This document shows positions 61,700-64,000 of a stretch of 64,000 nucleotides of DNA, piece after piece. Each line of letters starts with the position of its first letter. The first letter of the stretch is position 1. The notes under the pieces are model-generated. The model saw only the letters and a program-made list of their open reading frames with translations, searched no databases and had not been told where the DNA came from. The position numbers and the translations under genes were made by a program. This stretch comes from Macrostomum lignano (Eukaryota), in NCBI GenBank assembly GCA_002269645.1, contig NIVC01003610.1, positions 24,057 through 88,056 on the forward strand. Direction: 5' to 3'.

Positions 61700-62400
61700 C
61701 CCATTCAAATCATATTCACTCACTCTCAATCCCATTCACTCACTCTCAATCCCATTCACTCACTCTCAATCCCATTCACTCACTCTCAATCCCATTCACT
61801 CAGTCTCAATCCCATTCACTCAGTCTCAATCCCATTCACTCAGTCTCAATCCCATTCACTCAGTCTCAATCCCATTCACTCACTCTCAATCTCATTCACT
61901 CACTCTCAATCTCATTCACTCACTCTCAATCCCATTCACTCACTCTCAATCTCATTCACTCACTCTCAATCTCATTCACTCACTCTCAATCTCATTCACT
62001 CACTCTCAATCTCATTCACTCACTCTCAATCTCATTCACTCACTCTCAATCTCATTCACTCACTCTCAATCTCATTCACTCACTCTCAATCCCATTCACT
62101 CACTCTCAATCTCATTCACTCACTCTCAATCCCATTCACCCACTCTAAATCTTATTCACTCACTCTCAATCTCATTCACTCACTCTCAATCTCATTCACT
62201 CACTCTCAATCTCATTCACTCACTCTCAATCTCATTCACTCACTCTCAATCTCATTCACTCACTCTCAATCTCATTCACTCACTCTCAATCTCATTCACT
62301 CACTCTCAATCCCATTCACCCACTCTAAATCTTATACACTCGTTCTCAATTTCATTCACTCACTCGACACTCTCGCTCCTTATTCACTCTTAATCTCATT
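61700..62400. repeat. Minisatellite, 20-bp unit CATTCACTCACTCTCAAT(C/T)
   Basis: Tandem units read directly. Confidence 0.95.
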
Positions 62401-62419
62401 CACGCACTCTCAATTCCAT

Positions 62420-62772
62420 TCTCAGTCACATTCACCACTCTCAATCCCATTCGCTCACTCAGTCACATTCACCACTCTCAATCCCATTCGCTCACTCAGT
62501 CACATTCACCACTCTCAATCCCATTCGCTCACTCAGTCACATTCACCACTCTCAATCCCATTCGCTCACTCAGTCACATTCACCACTCTCAATCCCATTC
62601 GCTCACTCAGTCACATTCACCACTCTCAATCCCATTCGCTCACTCATTCACATTCACCACTCTCAATCCCATTCGCTCACTCAGTCACATTCACCACTCT
62701 CAATCCCATTCGCTCACTCAGTCACATTCACCACTCTCAATCCCATTCGCTCACTCAGTCACATTCACCACT
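62420..62772. repeat. Minisatellite, 37-bp unit CAGTCACATTCACCACTCTCAATCCCATTCGCTCACT
   Basis: Tandem units; sequence related to the adjacent 20-bp array. Confidence 0.93.
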
Positions 62773-62779
62773 ATCATTT

Positions 62780-63100
62780 CCACGAGACCAATTAGCGAAT
62801 GGGCGGCTGGCGCGACGGGCCATCATCCGAAGCAGCTCCCGCCACTCCACTCAGCTGCCTGTCACCCCAGGCTGGCCACGTGGCAGCGGCTGGGGCCTCC
62901 GATTGGTCGCGACGCGCAGGCAGAGGCCTGAGAGGCGGCGGCCATTGGCCCAGAGCCCCTCCATGAGCTCGGCGGCCCGGCAGCCTGTTTTAAAAAAATA
63001 AAAAAGAAAAGCGGACAACCCTCCACACCCAGCGCTTGTGAGCAGCCGAGACCAGGCAATCTCAGCACAGTTATATCGATCTGCGCGCGCGAGTCGCACA
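62780..63100 (+). promoter_or_regulatory. Candidate promoter/5' region: GC- and CpG-rich with three CCAAT motifs
   Basis: CCAAT at 62788, ATTGG at 62902 and 62944; lies upstream of a canonical CAG|GTAAG donor at 63137. Confidence 0.35.
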
Positions 63101-63665
63101 AGGGGAGAATTATCCCACCCATCAAGCTTAACTCAGGTAAGCAAAGGGGAGAATTATCCCACCCATCAAGCTTAACTCAGGTGAGCAAAGGGGAGAATTA
63201 TCCCACCCATCAAACTTAACTCAGGTGAGCAAAGGGGAGAATTATCCCACCCATCCAGCTTAACTCAGGTGAGCAAGGGGAGAATTATCCCACCCATCAA
63301 GCTTAATGAACTCAGGTGAGCAAAGGGAGAATTATCCCACCCATCCAGCTTAACTCAGGTGAGCAAGGGGAGAATTATCCCACCCATCAAGCTTAATGAA
63401 CTCAGGTGAGCAAAGGGAGAATTATCCCACCCATCCAGCTTAACTCAGGTGAGCAAGGGGAGAATTATCCCACCCATCAAGCTTAATGAACTCAGGTGAG
63501 CAAAGGGAGAATTATCCCACCCATCCAGCTTAACTCACTCAGGTGAGCAAAGGGGAGAATTATCCACCCATCCAGCTTAATTAACTCAGCTGAGCAAGGG
63601 AGAATTATCCCACCATAACTCAGGTGAGCAAGGGAGAACTATCCCACCCATCAAGCTTGACTCAG
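63100..63665. repeat. Minisatellite, ~44-bp unit GAGAATTATCCCACCCATCAAGCTTAACTCAGGTGAGCAAAGGG
   Basis: About 12 tandem units, each carrying CAG|GTRAG. Confidence 0.93.
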
Positions 63666-64000
63666 ATACTGCAACGCCGGTCCCAAAAGCAGGTGCACCA
63701 ACCAGCCTCCCACCGACATGTCAGCGGAGCCTCCTCGCCAGCCGGCCTACCCAGCGCTGTTCTACCCCGCTGCCGCCGCGGCGCGCCTGGGACTTCCGGA
63801 GCGGAGGCACTGGCGGCGGCGCCGGCTCGGCGACCTCAGCTGCGGCCGCTGCGGCTGCGGCGCTCTGCTGGACTCGCGGCAGCCTCATCAGCACACGGAC
63901 ACCCGCAGCACCCGGCGCTGCACCCGCAGCATCCGCGGCACCATCACCCCGCGGCCGGCAGCGATCAGCCGCAACCCGTTCGACCCGCAGAGCCGCATCC
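63666..64000 (+). CDS. Probable 5' coding exon (partial, runs off the window) of a low-complexity Ala/His/Pro-rich protein
   Basis: Acceptor-like CTCAG at 63665, ATG at 63718 (MSAEPPRQPAYPALFYPAAAAA). Poly-Ala and HPQHP...HHH tracts appear in shifted frames; GC-rich codon style like host exons. No domain is visible. Confidence 0.35.
   Translation, partial: MLQRRSQKQVHQPASHRHVSGASSPAGLPSAVLPRCRRGAPGTSGAEALAAAPARRPQLRPLRLRRSAGLAAASSAHGHPQHPALHPQHPRHHHPAAGSDQPQPVRPAEPH

Noticed and set aside
451-62393. Long repetitive ORFs (for example 56720..59347, 40074..41552, 59686..61047, 54182..55000)
   Set aside because: They are translations of minisatellites open in several frames and on both strands; there is no codon or splice evidence for real proteins.

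Overview
Eukaryotic, intron-rich animal genomic DNA. GT-AG introns of about 60-100 nt, GC-rich exons and very dense minisatellites suggest a free-living flatworm such as Macrostomum; this is an inference, not verified. Left half: three tandem 13-exon ionotropic glutamate receptor-like (iGluR/IR) genes. Copies 2 and 3 share a near-identical 5' half but have diverged 3' halves, and copy 3 is frameshifted. Between them lie a DIRS RNase H fossil, a fibrinogen-domain gene, an unrecognised secreted protein with two copies of a ~130-aa domain, and a Gypsy pol fossil. Centre: an intronless claudin-like gene, then a ~3.5 kb block (33068-36580) with almost no CpG and excess TpA. It contains mutated ghost reading frames and a MITE relic, and looks like RIP-like hypermutation; this is the most unusual signal in the window. 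Right half: a 7-exon DIS3L gene whose 8-kb intron 3 hosts two antisense CAP-EGF genes, a field of large minisatellites, and the probable 5' end of a low-complexity gene running off the window. Four copies of a tRNA-headed CORE-type SINE are present. Several isolated 1-bp frameshifts suggest long-read assembly errors. All exon boundaries, counts and alignments were done by eye.
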